A DNA stretch of 64,000 nt from positions 1,600,001 to 1,664,000 of the forward strand of contig CAWIAD010000001.1 in the NCBI GenBank assembly GCA_963833985.1, in the 5' to 3' direction. Under the pieces are notes generated by a model, which worked only from the letters and a program-made list of their open reading frames with translations, was not told the origin of the DNA and searched no databases. Shown here in pieces: positions 11,329 to 21,010 of this stretch. The first letter of the stretch is position 1, and each line of letters opens with the position of its first letter. Made by a program: the position numbers and the translations under genes. The DNA comes from an uncultured Planctomycetaceae bacterium (lineage in GTDB: Bacteria; Planctomycetota; Planctomycetia; Isosphaerales; Isosphaeraceae).

Positions 11329-12765
11329 TCACACCGCCGCCTTGGTCCGATCGGCGCCCGCCAGCTCGCCGAAGAGGGTCACCGCGCTGGCGTCGTCAAT
11401 CCTGACCCGGACCAGCCGCCCGGTCAAAGCCTCATTGCCCCGGAAAACCACGATCCGGTCGCAGGTCGTCCGTCCCGTCCATTGATCAGCGCGATCCCAC
11501 CCTTCACGCCGGGTCGTGGACCGGCTTGGCCCCTCCACCAGGACCGTCACCGTACGGCCGATGAACTGCCGATTCTCCTGGAGGCTGATGGCTGACTGCA
11601 CGGCCAGCAGATAGTTGTTGCGTCGCCGTTTCACCTCTTCGGGAACGTCGTCGGTGAAGAGCTCGTCCGCCTTGGTTCCCTGCCGTGGACTGTACTTGAA
11701 GATGAAGCTGTTCTTGAACCGGGCCCGCTCCACCAGGCGCACCGTGCGCTCGAACGATTCCTCGGTCTCGCCGCAGAAGCCGACGATGAAGTCGCTCGAG
11801 ACCGAGACCCCGGGGATGGTCTCGCGCATCCGGGCGAGCATGTCCTCGTAAAATCCAGACGTGTACATTCTTTTCATGCGTTTCAGGACGGAGTCACAGC
11901 CGCTCTGCGCCGGCACGTGGATATAGCGGGAGGCCGCGGGGAGGTCGCGGACGGCCTGCAAGAGGTCGTCGGTCATGTCGTTGGGAAAGCTGGTGATGAA
12001 CTTCACGCGCTCGATGCCATCGAGCCCGGCGATTCTCTCGAGCAGGTCGGACAGGCGGACCAGCCGGCCGTCGCCTTCCCGGTACCTGTAGCTGTTGACC
12101 GTCTGGCCGAGGAGCGTGATCTCCTTGACTCCCTGGCTGGCGAGCAGGTTTGCCTCGCCCACGATGGCTGCCGGGGGCCGGCTCTGCTCGGGGCCGCGAA
12201 CCGCGGGCACGATGCAGTAGGTACAGAACTTGTCGCAGCCCATCATCACACGGACGAAAGCCTGGAACGGGCTGGGACGCATCGCGGGCTCGCGGTCGGC
12301 GTCATAGTTCTCGAAGCTGGCCGTGATCTCCTGTCGCGAGCCCGCGGTACGGTCCAGGCTCACGGCAAGCTGTGCAGCGCGTGCCTCACGGGCAAGGCCA
12401 AGCAGCTCGGGCACGCGCCCGAGCTGGCCGGGCCCGACTATGATGTCGACGTGCGGTGCGCGTTTGAGGATCTGCTCCTGGTCCTTCTGGGCCATGCAGC
12501 CGAGCACGCCGATGGAAACCTCGGGCCGCTTGCGCTTGATCTGCTTGATCCGCCCGAGGGCACTGTAGACCTTGTCCTCGGCATGCTGCCGCACCGAGCA
12601 GGTGTTATAGAAGATGGCATCGGCTTGATCGATGTCGGTGGTCAGCTCGTAGCCCTGGTCGCGCAGACGTGCCACCACCAGCTCGCTGTCGAGCACGTTC
12701 ATCTGGCAGCCGACTGTCTCGATATAGAGCTTCTTGCTCGGTTGCTTGGTCGATTGATCGGCCAT
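11329..12765 (-). CDS. miaB: tRNA-2-methylthio-N6-isopentenyladenosine synthase
   Basis: ETVGCQMNVLDSE, NTCSVR, GCMAQ, GCDKFCTYCIVP radical SAM motif, SDFIVGFCGETEE, C-terminal TRAM domain. Confidence 0.95.
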   Translation of the reverse strand: MADQSTKQPSKKLYIETVGCQMNVLDSELVVARLRDQGYELTTDIDQADAIFYNTCSVRQHAEDKVYSALGRIKQIKRKRPEVSIGVLGCMAQKDQEQILKRAPHVDIIVGPGQLGRVPELLGLAREARAAQLAVSLDRTAGSRQEITASFENYDADREPAMRPSPFQAFVRVMMGCDKFCTYCIVPAVRGPEQSRPPAAIVGEANLLASQGVKEITLLGQTVNSYRYREGDGRLVRLSDLLERIAGLDGIERVKFITSFPNDMTDDLLQAVRDLPAASRYIHVPAQSGCDSVLKRMKRMYTSGFYEDMLARMRETIPGVSVSSDFIVGFCGETEESFERTVRLVERARFKNSFIFKYSPRQGTKADELFTDDVPEEVKRRRNNYLLAVQSAISLQENRQFIGRTVTVLVEGPSRSTTRREGWDRADQWTGRTTCDRIVVFRGNEALTGRLVRVRIDDASAVTLFGELAGADRTKAAV

Positions 12766-13193
12766 CGGCCTGGCTCCCCGAGGCCAGCGAGTGGCCCCGG
12801 GTCCTCGGAGTGACTCATGATCTCAAGCCCGCCAGGGAACGGCTGACCCTGGCTCCCGCTGTCGGTCATGGATTCTACCAAGGGCCTTCACGAAAGGGAA
12901 TGAATCTGGACCAAGTTGGTGGCCGCGGCAACGGCCAGCCAAAAGCAGCCCCGAGTGACGCTTGCCCCCGAGGCTCCGGGGATGCCGGGCCGGTCGAGGG
13001 ACCTGTCCTCGGCAGAAGCTGAGGCATCTGGGAAAGGATTGCCGCCGGCTTCGCGGCGCCGCCGGCTTCGCCTGGACGGCTGCCTGGAAAACCTTATCAG
13101 GGAGCGGAAACCGTGCTGGCGATGGGTTCTGCTTCCTGATATAAGCGGTTGACCAGATGCTCTTGAGTTACACACGATGCGGTTCAACTGCCC

Positions 13194-14745
13194 ATGAAGA
13201 TCCTGGCCGTCCATCCCAGCGCCTTGCTCTACACGAAGATCTTCCTGAGGCTGGAGCCTCTGGGCATCGAGCTCATCGCGGCCGCGCTGCTGCGCCGGGC
13301 ACGAAGTTCGCTTGCTGGATCTCCAGGTGGAGCGGCAGGCCGCGTATTTCCGGCAGGTCCGCGAGTGGCAGCCCGACGTCGTGGCATTCTCGTGCAACTA
13401 CCTGGCGAATATCCCGGAGATCGTGGACCTGGCCAGGCTGACCAGGGCTCTCCGCCCGGAGTCCTTCATTTTCGTGGGCGGCCACAGCGTGTCGTTCGTG
13501 GCCGCCGATGTTCTGGAACATGCAGAGGGCGCGATCGACTGCGTGCTCAAGGGGGAAGGCGAGTCCGCCGTCGCGGAACTCGTCGCCGCAGCCGCCGATG
13601 GCCGGTCGCTGGCGCTTCTGGACGTACCGGGCGTGATCACCCAGGAAGGCTGCGGCCCACCCCCCAGGTTCGCCCGCGATCTCGACGCCATCCGCCCGGC
13701 CCGCGAGCTGTTGCGGCACCGCCGCAAGTACTTCATTGGAGTCCTGGACCCGTGCGCCTCGATCGAGTTCAGCCGCGGCTGCCCCTGGGATTGCTCGTTT
13801 TGCAGCGCCTGGACCTTCTACGGGCGCAGCTACCGCGTGAAGTCGGCCGCGGAAGGGGCAGCGGAGCTCGCCGCGATTCGCGAGCCCGGCATCTTCATCG
13901 TCGATGATGTCGCATTCATTCAGGCGGAGCAGGGCATGGCCATTGGCGAGGCGGTCGCGCGTCAAGGTATCAAGAAGCATTACTATCTTGAAACGCGCGG
14001 GGACGTCCTGCTGCGCAACAAGGAGGTCTTCCGCTTCTGGAAGACCCTCGGCCTTCAATACATGTTCCTTGGCGTCGAGGCGATCGACGAGGAGGGGCTC
14101 AAGAAATACCGCAAGCGCGTGACGCTCTCGCGAAACTTCGAGGCACTCGAGTTTGCGCGTTCGCTGGGGATCATGGTGGCCATCAACCTGATCGCCGATC
14201 CAGACTGGGATCACCGCCAGTTCGAGATCATCCGCCAGTGGTGCCTGGAGATTCCCGAGATCGTCAACATCAGCGTCAACACGCCGTATCCGGGTACGGA
14301 GAGCTGGCTCACCGAGTCCCGGCGGCTGACCACGCGCGATTACCGCCTCTTCGACATCCAGCACGCCGTCTTGCCCACGCGATTGCCCCTGGCGGAGTTT
14401 TACAAGGAGCTCGTGCGTACCCAGCAGGTGCTCAACCGCAAGCACCTGGGATGGAACGCGGTGCGGGGGCTGGCAGGGATCCTGGCCCGCAACCTGGCGC
14501 GCGGTCAAACCAGCACGCTGAAGATGCTCTGGAAATTCAACAGCGTCTACAACCCAGGCCTTCAGCTTGCCGACCATGCGCAGCCGGTGCGCTACGAGAT
14601 GTCGCTTCCCCCCGAGCCGCACGACATGGTGGATTCCCGATCGATGTACGTGCACACGCCACGGGGCAGGAACGGGCGCTCCATCGACGATGCAACCGAG
14701 TTGTTTGTGGAGCAGACCCGAGCCAACGGCAAGCCAGACGGCTGA
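13194..14745 (+). CDS. hpnR: Hopanoid C-3 methylase, B12-dependent radical SAM; frameshift near 13293
   Basis: MKILAVHPSALLYTKIFLRLEPLG joins LLDLQ...NYLANIPE; SRGCPWDCSFCSAWTFYG; YYLETRGDVL; TRDYRLFDIQHAVLPT. Confidence 0.85.
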
Positions 14746-14845
14746 TGAGTCCTGCCCGTGCTGATCACCGGCCTGCCGTTGAACGCGAAGGTTCAGGCAC
14801 GCACGCGACGCACGCCTGGCCAGCAGACACCGCGGAAAAGCAAAA

Positions 14846-14885
14846 CCCCCAGGGACGCCCTGGGGGAAACGGTATGCCGTTTTTT
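14846..14885 (+). terminator. Tandem hairpins, putative intrinsic terminator of hpnR
   Basis: CCCCCAGGG-acg-CCCTGGGGG followed by AAACGG-tatg-CCGTTT and a T run. Confidence 0.5.
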
Positions 14886-15405
14886 CGTATGCCGGGGCCA
14901 GCAGCGGCGCGCCTGTGGGAGTGAGCCCTGCTGCTGGCGTGTGATCTCAGGGCGTGGGCGGCGCATCGCCACATTGCAGCCCAGCGGCTGCGCCAAGACG
15001 TTTGCGCCTGGAGAGATGAGAGCCAGGCTCAGCGGGTGACGAAGTCCGGGAGTTCGCCGAATGGCGTGGGTGATCTGGTCATCAATCGCCAGGGCGTCTC
15101 TTCATCCAGACCGAGGCCCGAGAATAGAAACTGGCTCCTCGCAGCAGACCCTTGACCCCGAAATTCACGTGGGCGAATCAGCATACGCTTGCAAGGTTCG
15201 GCCACTTTCCGATCGGCTCAGCACCTTGGAGAGAGACGACGTCTCGGAAGTTGACCTCACCCTCTTGCCCACTACCGGAACTCTACCTCATGGCCTCCGA
15301 GAATACAAGAGATAAGAATCTAAAAAAACACGGGGATCTAGATTCTCTTGTATGCTGCCGCTGGCGGCCCGGGAGCGGCTCGATCTTCCACACAAGGCGG
15401 TTGGC

Positions 15406-16488
15406 TCACCCGGCAAAACCAATGCCCCCACTGTGTGATCGCACCTGGCGATAACTCACGATCCCTTGAACAAGTGCAATGACGAACATGCTCATGCCAG
15501 CCAGGGTCCAGAGGATGCTGTTCAGCGCGAAGGGGACGAAGAGAAACGGTTGAGGACCGGCGAACGAGAGCAGAAACCCGAGGCCGATCACCAGGCCGAA
15601 GACGGTCAAGATTTGCCTCCGTTCCCGCGGCTGATCCACGAGCGCATCGCCGTCCAGCCGCACGCGAGGCTGGTGCAGGTAGAGACCCGCGATCGCCAGC
15701 GCGTAGAGCACCAGCGTGAGCAACTGCACCCCGGCCGAGGGCAACCCCTCGGGACGCAGCTTGAAATAAAAGAATCCATACAGTACCGCGAGGTAAAGAC
15801 AGAGGCCGGCGAATCCCCGATGGCCGAAGACGACGATACGCTCTGGCTGCGACGACGCGAGGGCCGTGCCGGAGAGTTGCAACAGGATGAGCAGGACGGC
15901 GGCAAGCAGCGCCATGTTCAGGGCCAGGTTCACGGGCCCGTGGCAGTTCATCGCGACAACCGGTGCCAGCGAGAAAACCAGGTAAGCCCGGAAAAGCAGC
16001 GCGCCGCGGCTCTTGCCCGTGAACCAGGCGAGATCGGGAAACACGCGGCGCAACGGCGGGCAGAGCACGCAAGCGACGGCCAGTGGGAGCAAGAACGACA
16101 TCACCGGATGGAACGAGAAGACCATGCTTATCTCGCTGAAGCCATACGGGCCGATCCGCCCCAGCGCCATCTTGCCGTTACCATCATATCCATACCAGAT
16201 CACCTTCGTGATCCATGATTCGTACAGCCCGAAAAGCACGCCCCAGAGGTAGAGCGACCAGAACGATGTCCGGCCGGTGCGCACGGCCAGCGTCGTGAAG
16301 AAGAAGAAATGCGCGAAGTAGAGCCAGAACGTCACAATGCACGTCCACGGGTGCCAGAGCCCCATGGACAGCGAGGCGCCCGAGAACACCTCGGCACACG
16401 TGAGGATGATGACGCCGATCAAGAGCCGCGGAGCAACCACGCCCACGCGATGATCCTGGTGGAGGATTTCTTCGTCGGATGCTTTCAT
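15406..16488 (-). CDS. Polytopic membrane protein of unknown function
   Basis: About 10 hydrophobic segments; AEVFSG and LFGLYESWITKVIW motifs. Confidence 0.7.
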   Translation of the reverse strand: MKASDEEILHQDHRVGVVAPRLLIGVIILTCAEVFSGASLSMGLWHPWTCIVTFWLYFAHFFFFTTLAVRTGRTSFWSLYLWGVLFGLYESWITKVIWYGYDGNGKMALGRIGPYGFSEISMVFSFHPVMSFLLPLAVACVLCPPLRRVFPDLAWFTGKSRGALLFRAYLVFSLAPVVAMNCHGPVNLALNMALLAAVLLILLQLSGTALASSQPERIVVFGHRGFAGLCLYLAVLYGFFYFKLRPEGLPSAGVQLLTLVLYALAIAGLYLHQPRVRLDGDALVDQPRERRQILTVFGLVIGLGFLLSFAGPQPFLFVPFALNSILWTLAGMSMFVIALVQGIVSYRQVRSHSGGIGFAG

Positions 16489-16721
16489 GAATTTCCCCTC
16501 CGGGCTTACGCCCGAGGCGATCGCCTTCGATCGTTAAGCGTGCTTTCACATTGATCCGCGTCCCGGGCGGGCAAACTGCATGGGGGACGCCAGGTTCACT
16601 CCAGCATATCGCGGCCAGTGCACCGATTGCATCCCTGTACCTCCGGCAAGAGCCAGGCGGATGAATCCGGCATCGTCGCCAATCTCAGTAGGCTGGAATG
16701 CGCGAGGAGGTTCAGGTTGAG

Positions 16722-17714
16722 TTACGGGCCAAGCCGATCACCGGGCTGAACGCGATGGCCGTTCAGGAAATCGGCCGGGGAAAGCGGCTTCTTGCCGGGA
16801 AGCTGTATCATCAAAAGGCGCACGTGCCCCGATCCGGCAGCGACCGTGAGACGATCGGCATGAGCCTCCACGATGGTCCCGGGTGCGGCCTCGGCGGCTT
16901 CCGCCATGGGTTGCGTGCGGTGGATGATAAGACGCAACGGTCCCTTCGATTGCGGTCCCCGTGAGACCCAGGTGGTGGTGCAGAGCGGCCATGGATTCAT
17001 GGCCCTGACGAGGTTGTGGATCGACTGGGCGGTTCTGGACCAGTCGATCTGACCGTCCTCCCTGGTCAGCTTCGGGGCGCGCGTGACCCTGGATCTGTCC
17101 TGAGCGAGCACCCGTGCGCGGCCGGCCGCGACCGCCGCGACGGCCTCGGCAATGAGCGGAGCGCCCAGCACAGCCAGGCGCTCTTCAAGCTCGCCGGCCG
17201 TCTCATCCGGACCAATCGGTGTGCGGGCCACGGCGATCATGCCGCCGGCGTCGATGCGCGGGGTCATGCGTATGACCGTGACGCCCGTTTCCGTCTCGCC
17301 GTGCTGGATCGCACGCGCCACCGGTGCTGCACCGCGGTACGCCGGCAGGATCGAGCCGTGCAGGTTGATCCCGCCCAGGCGCGGCAGGGCCAGCAACTCC
17401 GGCGCGAGGATCTGGCCGTAAGCCGCGGTCACCAGCAGGTCGGGCGCGAGCCGGCGGATCAGCGCCAGGCTCTCCGGGGCATTGACGTTCTCGGGCTGGA
17501 GGACGGGAATGCCGCGTGCCAGCGCCCCGAGCTTGATCGCGCTGGGGATCAGCTCTTGCTTGCGGCCCTGCGGCCGGTCGGGCTGGGTGATGAGAGCGAT
17601 GACCTGGTAGCCCGCGTGACAGAGCGTCTCGAAGAGCGGTAGGGCGAAATCCCCGGTACCCAGGGCAATGATCCGGACGTCCGGGATCGAAAGCGATGCG
17701 GCCGCATGCTCCAT
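16722..17714 (-). CDS. fmt: Methionyl-tRNA formyltransferase
   Basis: ITQPDRPQGR, TAAYGQIL, INLHGSILPAYRGAAPV, DAG; adjacent to def. Confidence 0.95.
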   Translation of the reverse strand: MEHAAASLSIPDVRIIALGTGDFALPLFETLCHAGYQVIALITQPDRPQGRKQELIPSAIKLGALARGIPVLQPENVNAPESLALIRRLAPDLLVTAAYGQILAPELLALPRLGGINLHGSILPAYRGAAPVARAIQHGETETGVTVIRMTPRIDAGGMIAVARTPIGPDETAGELEERLAVLGAPLIAEAVAAVAAGRARVLAQDRSRVTRAPKLTREDGQIDWSRTAQSIHNLVRAMNPWPLCTTTWVSRGPQSKGPLRLIIHRTQPMAEAAEAAPGTIVEAHADRLTVAAGSGHVRLLMIQLPGKKPLSPADFLNGHRVQPGDRLGP

Positions 17715-17717
17715 CGT

Positions 17718-18356
17718 TCAATCCTCGACCGACTCGGCGACCGGTACCGCCTCAGGAAGCACCAGGGGAGGGAGTGCTGGCAGTTCCTTCATATTCTGGA
17801 GCTGCTGAACGATTTCCGCGTCCGGCGCGTACTCGCCGTCCGCCTGGGCCTGGCGGAACTGGGTCTCGAATTCGCTCAGCCTGGGCTTGATGGAATGCCG
17901 GGCCAGAGAGCCCAGGTAGTCGATGAACAGCTTGCCGTCGAGGTGGTCCGCTTCGTGCTGGATGGCGCGGCTGAGGAGGTCTTCGGCCTCGTACTCGATC
18001 AGCTCTCCGGCCAGGTTGAACGCCTGGAGCTTGATCTTGCGGGCTCGGCGGACGTTGGAGTAGACGCCCGGGAGGCTCAGGCATCCTTCCTCATCCTCGA
18101 TCGACGAGTGCCGCTTGACAATCTGGGGGTTGATGAAGACCTGCTCCTGGTCCTTCTGCTCGGGGTCGGCAGTCACGTTGAGGATGAAAAACCGATACGG
18201 CAGCGCCACCTGGTTGGCGGCCAGTCCAATCCCCCGCGCGGCATACATCAACTGAAACATCTGCCGGACGGCCGTGTGCAGGGCCGAGTCGATCTGGGTG
18301 ACCGGCCGCGAGACATACCGCAGCGCGGGGTGGGGATAGTTCACGATATGCAGCAC
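17718..18356 (-). CDS. def: Peptide deformylase
   Basis: GIGLAANQ, EGCLSLP, QHEADHLDG. Confidence 0.96.
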   Translation of the reverse strand: MLHIVNYPHPALRYVSRPVTQIDSALHTAVRQMFQLMYAARGIGLAANQVALPYRFFILNVTADPEQKDQEQVFINPQIVKRHSSIEDEEGCLSLPGVYSNVRRARKIKLQAFNLAGELIEYEAEDLLSRAIQHEADHLDGKLFIDYLGSLARHSIKPRLSEFETQFRQAQADGEYAPDAEIVQQLQNMKELPALPPLVLPEAVPVAESVED

Positions 18357-18536
18357 GAGTCGAGCTCCGGGGCAGAGTTTGAGTTCATCTTATTTTACGG
18401 TACATTGCCGCGGATCGCCAGGTTGCCAGGGCTGCTTCGGGACTGCGGGACGACGACCAGCGTTGCGGTCGCCGGCGGGCGTCGTCTCTGTCGCATGGCG
18501 GCCTCACGCGCTGCTGGCCGCTCGCTCAAGCCATTG

Positions 18537-20930
18537 TCAGGGGCCGAACGGATTCTCTGGAATGTCCCCGGGGAGGGCAGTAGGGACAAGTGCGTTCCAG
18601 GCCGCAGCCGGCAGCACGAAGACCGGACCGGTGTCGGAGGTGCCCGCTGCCGCCAGCACCAGTGAGCCGCGGGTCTCGCCAATCCGTAGCACGTGCGGGG
18701 GCTTGGCGGGGTCGGCATACAGCTCAACGGTCAGCTTCGGGTGCAGCAGGCCGGTTTCCGCAGGAATGGGGCCGCCGTACTGCACGAACCGTGGGGTGTG
18801 CAGCTCGCCCAGCTGCTTGACCAGGGTGCTGAACCGGGAAAGGTCGATGTCGCCCGCGCCATCCCGCGTTCGCGGCTCGGGCACCCAGGCGTCCGGCCCT
18901 CTCCCCGGATGGTCCGACCGCAGGAACGAGAGGCTTCGACCCGGCACACGGAGGACCAGGCGACGGATCGTATCGGCCGGGAACGACAGGACCAGCGTGT
19001 CATGGTACTCGGCGAGCAGCGCCTGGATCGAAGGTGCCCCGAGCGTGAAGACGAAGTCCTGACCCGAGACCCCGGCGTAGAATGTGCCCGGTTTGCCGGG
19101 TACGGGATTGCCGATGCGCAGGCTGCCTTCCTTGCCGTTCTGCGAGGTCCTCGCCGCACCGGCCGGCGCGCCTTTGGCGGCGTCGCCGCGCGCAGGCTCC
19201 AGCTTCCAGGAGACGTCAATCGGGGGCCGGTCGAGCCCGAAAATCTTGCCGTCGCCCACGGCATCGGCTGCGAACGCTTCGGCTCGAAGGTCGGAGAGCA
19301 GCGCCAGCAACTGCGTCACGTTGCGGGTGTCGGCCGCGGCCTGGACCGGTTCCACCATCCGCCAGCGGTTGACCCCTGCCGGTGACGATTCCGGCTCGAG
19401 CACGGTCCTGGAACCTTGACGCTTCAAAGTCAGCCGGGCCACGGTAGCCGGATTGAGCGAGAGCACCCCGCGGTCGCGGTACGCCAGTCGATTGCTGGGC
19501 AGCACATCGAGAAGCAAATCGGGGATGGCCAGGATGATGCTGTCTCCCTCGAGTCGGCCGTAGACCGTCTTCTTCAGGCGGTCATGGCGGCCGAGCTGAA
19601 GCGACAGCGCCAGGGTCCGAGATGCGGATTGTGACGCCTCCGAAGCCTGCGCATGGGCTTCCTGCGTGGCTCCGGGCCGGGACTGCCAGACCTTGACCGT
19701 CACGATTGGCGGATCCAGCTCCGCCTTCGGGACGCGCGCGGGTTCAAGGAACTCGCTGGTCTGAAGGCCGTCGAGCTGCCCGATCAGCGACTGGACGAGG
19801 TACGTATCGGCACGCCCCGCCTGCGGTGCCGTCAGCGCCCAGCTGTTGCCCTGGCGCACCAGCCGGTAGTCGGTCGCCTGTGCATGAATCTCGATCTCGG
19901 TCACGGCCGCCGGATCGAGCTCGGTGACGTGCTGATCGCGCAGGGCGATCGTGTCACGCGGGATCTCGCTCAGGAACCGGTCGCCCACGACCACCACGTC
20001 GTCCTGGTCGCCCCGGCGCACGAACACGCGGTCGGGGTGGTCGGGCACCTTCTTGCCAACGTGCAGCACCAGCGGTGAATCCGGCTCGGCCGATGTCGCC
20101 AGCTCCACGGTCGCCTCCGGCCTGTCCAGTCCGAAGGGTGCCAGGTCGCTGGCGTTGTCGGCGACGAAACCCTTCTCGCCGTCGAGCACCCGCACCGACG
20201 CCAGCGCGGAGATGAGGCTTTCCACCTTCGCTCCGTTCGCGGGGGCGTGCACGGGCTCGACAAGACTCCAGCGGCCGCCGGTCCCGCGGTCGGCTTTCAG
20301 GTTCAGTCCGTTGCGATGAACGGACAGCCGGCTCACCTGGAAGCTGGGAACCGGAAGCAGGTTCACCTGCCGCCATTGCCCGGCCGGGAGGGTCGCCGCA
20401 TTCAAGAGCTTCTTCTCGACCACCTCGATCCCCGCGGAGTCCGCCGGGCGGACGAACGTCTGCTCGCGCAGCGACTTGCCGACTTCCAGAGCGGCCAGCA
20501 GACGGGGGCCGGTACTCCCTGCCCCTGCCGTGCCCTGCTCGCCGAAGACGCGGACGACCGCGCCGGGCGGGGCCAGACCGTATTCGCCGGGACCGGCATG
20601 GATCGTCCCGGAATCGGGCGATTTGCGCAGGTTCTTGAGGTTGCCGATCATGGTCTCGACGAGCGTGGCGTCGGCCGCCACGTCGAGCGGACGGGTCATC
20701 TGCCAGCGGTTCTTGCCCCGGCGTTCGAACGCCAGGGTGTGTTCATCACGCGCGATCTCCAGGCGGGTGATGGCGGTATCGGGTACGTCGATGAGCTCGG
20801 GGAGGACCCGGCTGAGCCGCCCCCGTCGCTCGGCTTCGGTGAGTACTCCCGCGTCTTCCAGCCACCAGAGGGCCAGCAATCCGGCGAAGAACAAGGCGAT
20901 CAGAACGTAGGTCGGGCGAGGGGTTTTCAT
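18537..20930 (-). CDS. DUF4340-repeat periplasmic protein
   Basis: N-terminal TM anchor; repeated W-x-M/L-x-x-P, A-D...V, YGL/FGLDRP, L-x-V/I-G units; position after GldG-like gene. Confidence 0.75.
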   Translation of the reverse strand: MKTPRPTYVLIALFFAGLLALWWLEDAGVLTEAERRGRLSRVLPELIDVPDTAITRLEIARDEHTLAFERRGKNRWQMTRPLDVAADATLVETMIGNLKNLRKSPDSGTIHAGPGEYGLAPPGAVVRVFGEQGTAGAGSTGPRLLAALEVGKSLREQTFVRPADSAGIEVVEKKLLNAATLPAGQWRQVNLLPVPSFQVSRLSVHRNGLNLKADRGTGGRWSLVEPVHAPANGAKVESLISALASVRVLDGEKGFVADNASDLAPFGLDRPEATVELATSAEPDSPLVLHVGKKVPDHPDRVFVRRGDQDDVVVVGDRFLSEIPRDTIALRDQHVTELDPAAVTEIEIHAQATDYRLVRQGNSWALTAPQAGRADTYLVQSLIGQLDGLQTSEFLEPARVPKAELDPPIVTVKVWQSRPGATQEAHAQASEASQSASRTLALSLQLGRHDRLKKTVYGRLEGDSIILAIPDLLLDVLPSNRLAYRDRGVLSLNPATVARLTLKRQGSRTVLEPESSPAGVNRWRMVEPVQAAADTRNVTQLLALLSDLRAEAFAADAVGDGKIFGLDRPPIDVSWKLEPARGDAAKGAPAGAARTSQNGKEGSLRIGNPVPGKPGTFYAGVSGQDFVFTLGAPSIQALLAEYHDTLVLSFPADTIRRLVLRVPGRSLSFLRSDHPGRGPDAWVPEPRTRDGAGDIDLSRFSTLVKQLGELHTPRFVQYGGPIPAETGLLHPKLTVELYADPAKPPHVLRIGETRGSLVLAAAGTSDTGPVFVLPAAAWNALVPTALPGDIPENPFGP

Positions 20931-21010
20931 CGGCGCACCGGCGTGAATTCATCCACCAGAGAGAGGAAACGGCATGGCGTCCGCCACGAGCAGGCGAGGT
21001 TCAGCCCGCA

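Noticed and set aside
12890..13145. Cobalamin or SAM-I riboswitch (AGGGAA, GCCCCCG, GGACCTG, CTTATC...ATAAG fragments)
   Set aside because: Fragments are out of order and core elements are missing; kept only as an unclassified structure
15061..15315. ORF starting MAWVIWSSIARASL, reminiscent of a RelE/ParE N-terminus
   Set aside because: Similarity is limited to about 14 residues and no antitoxin is adjacent
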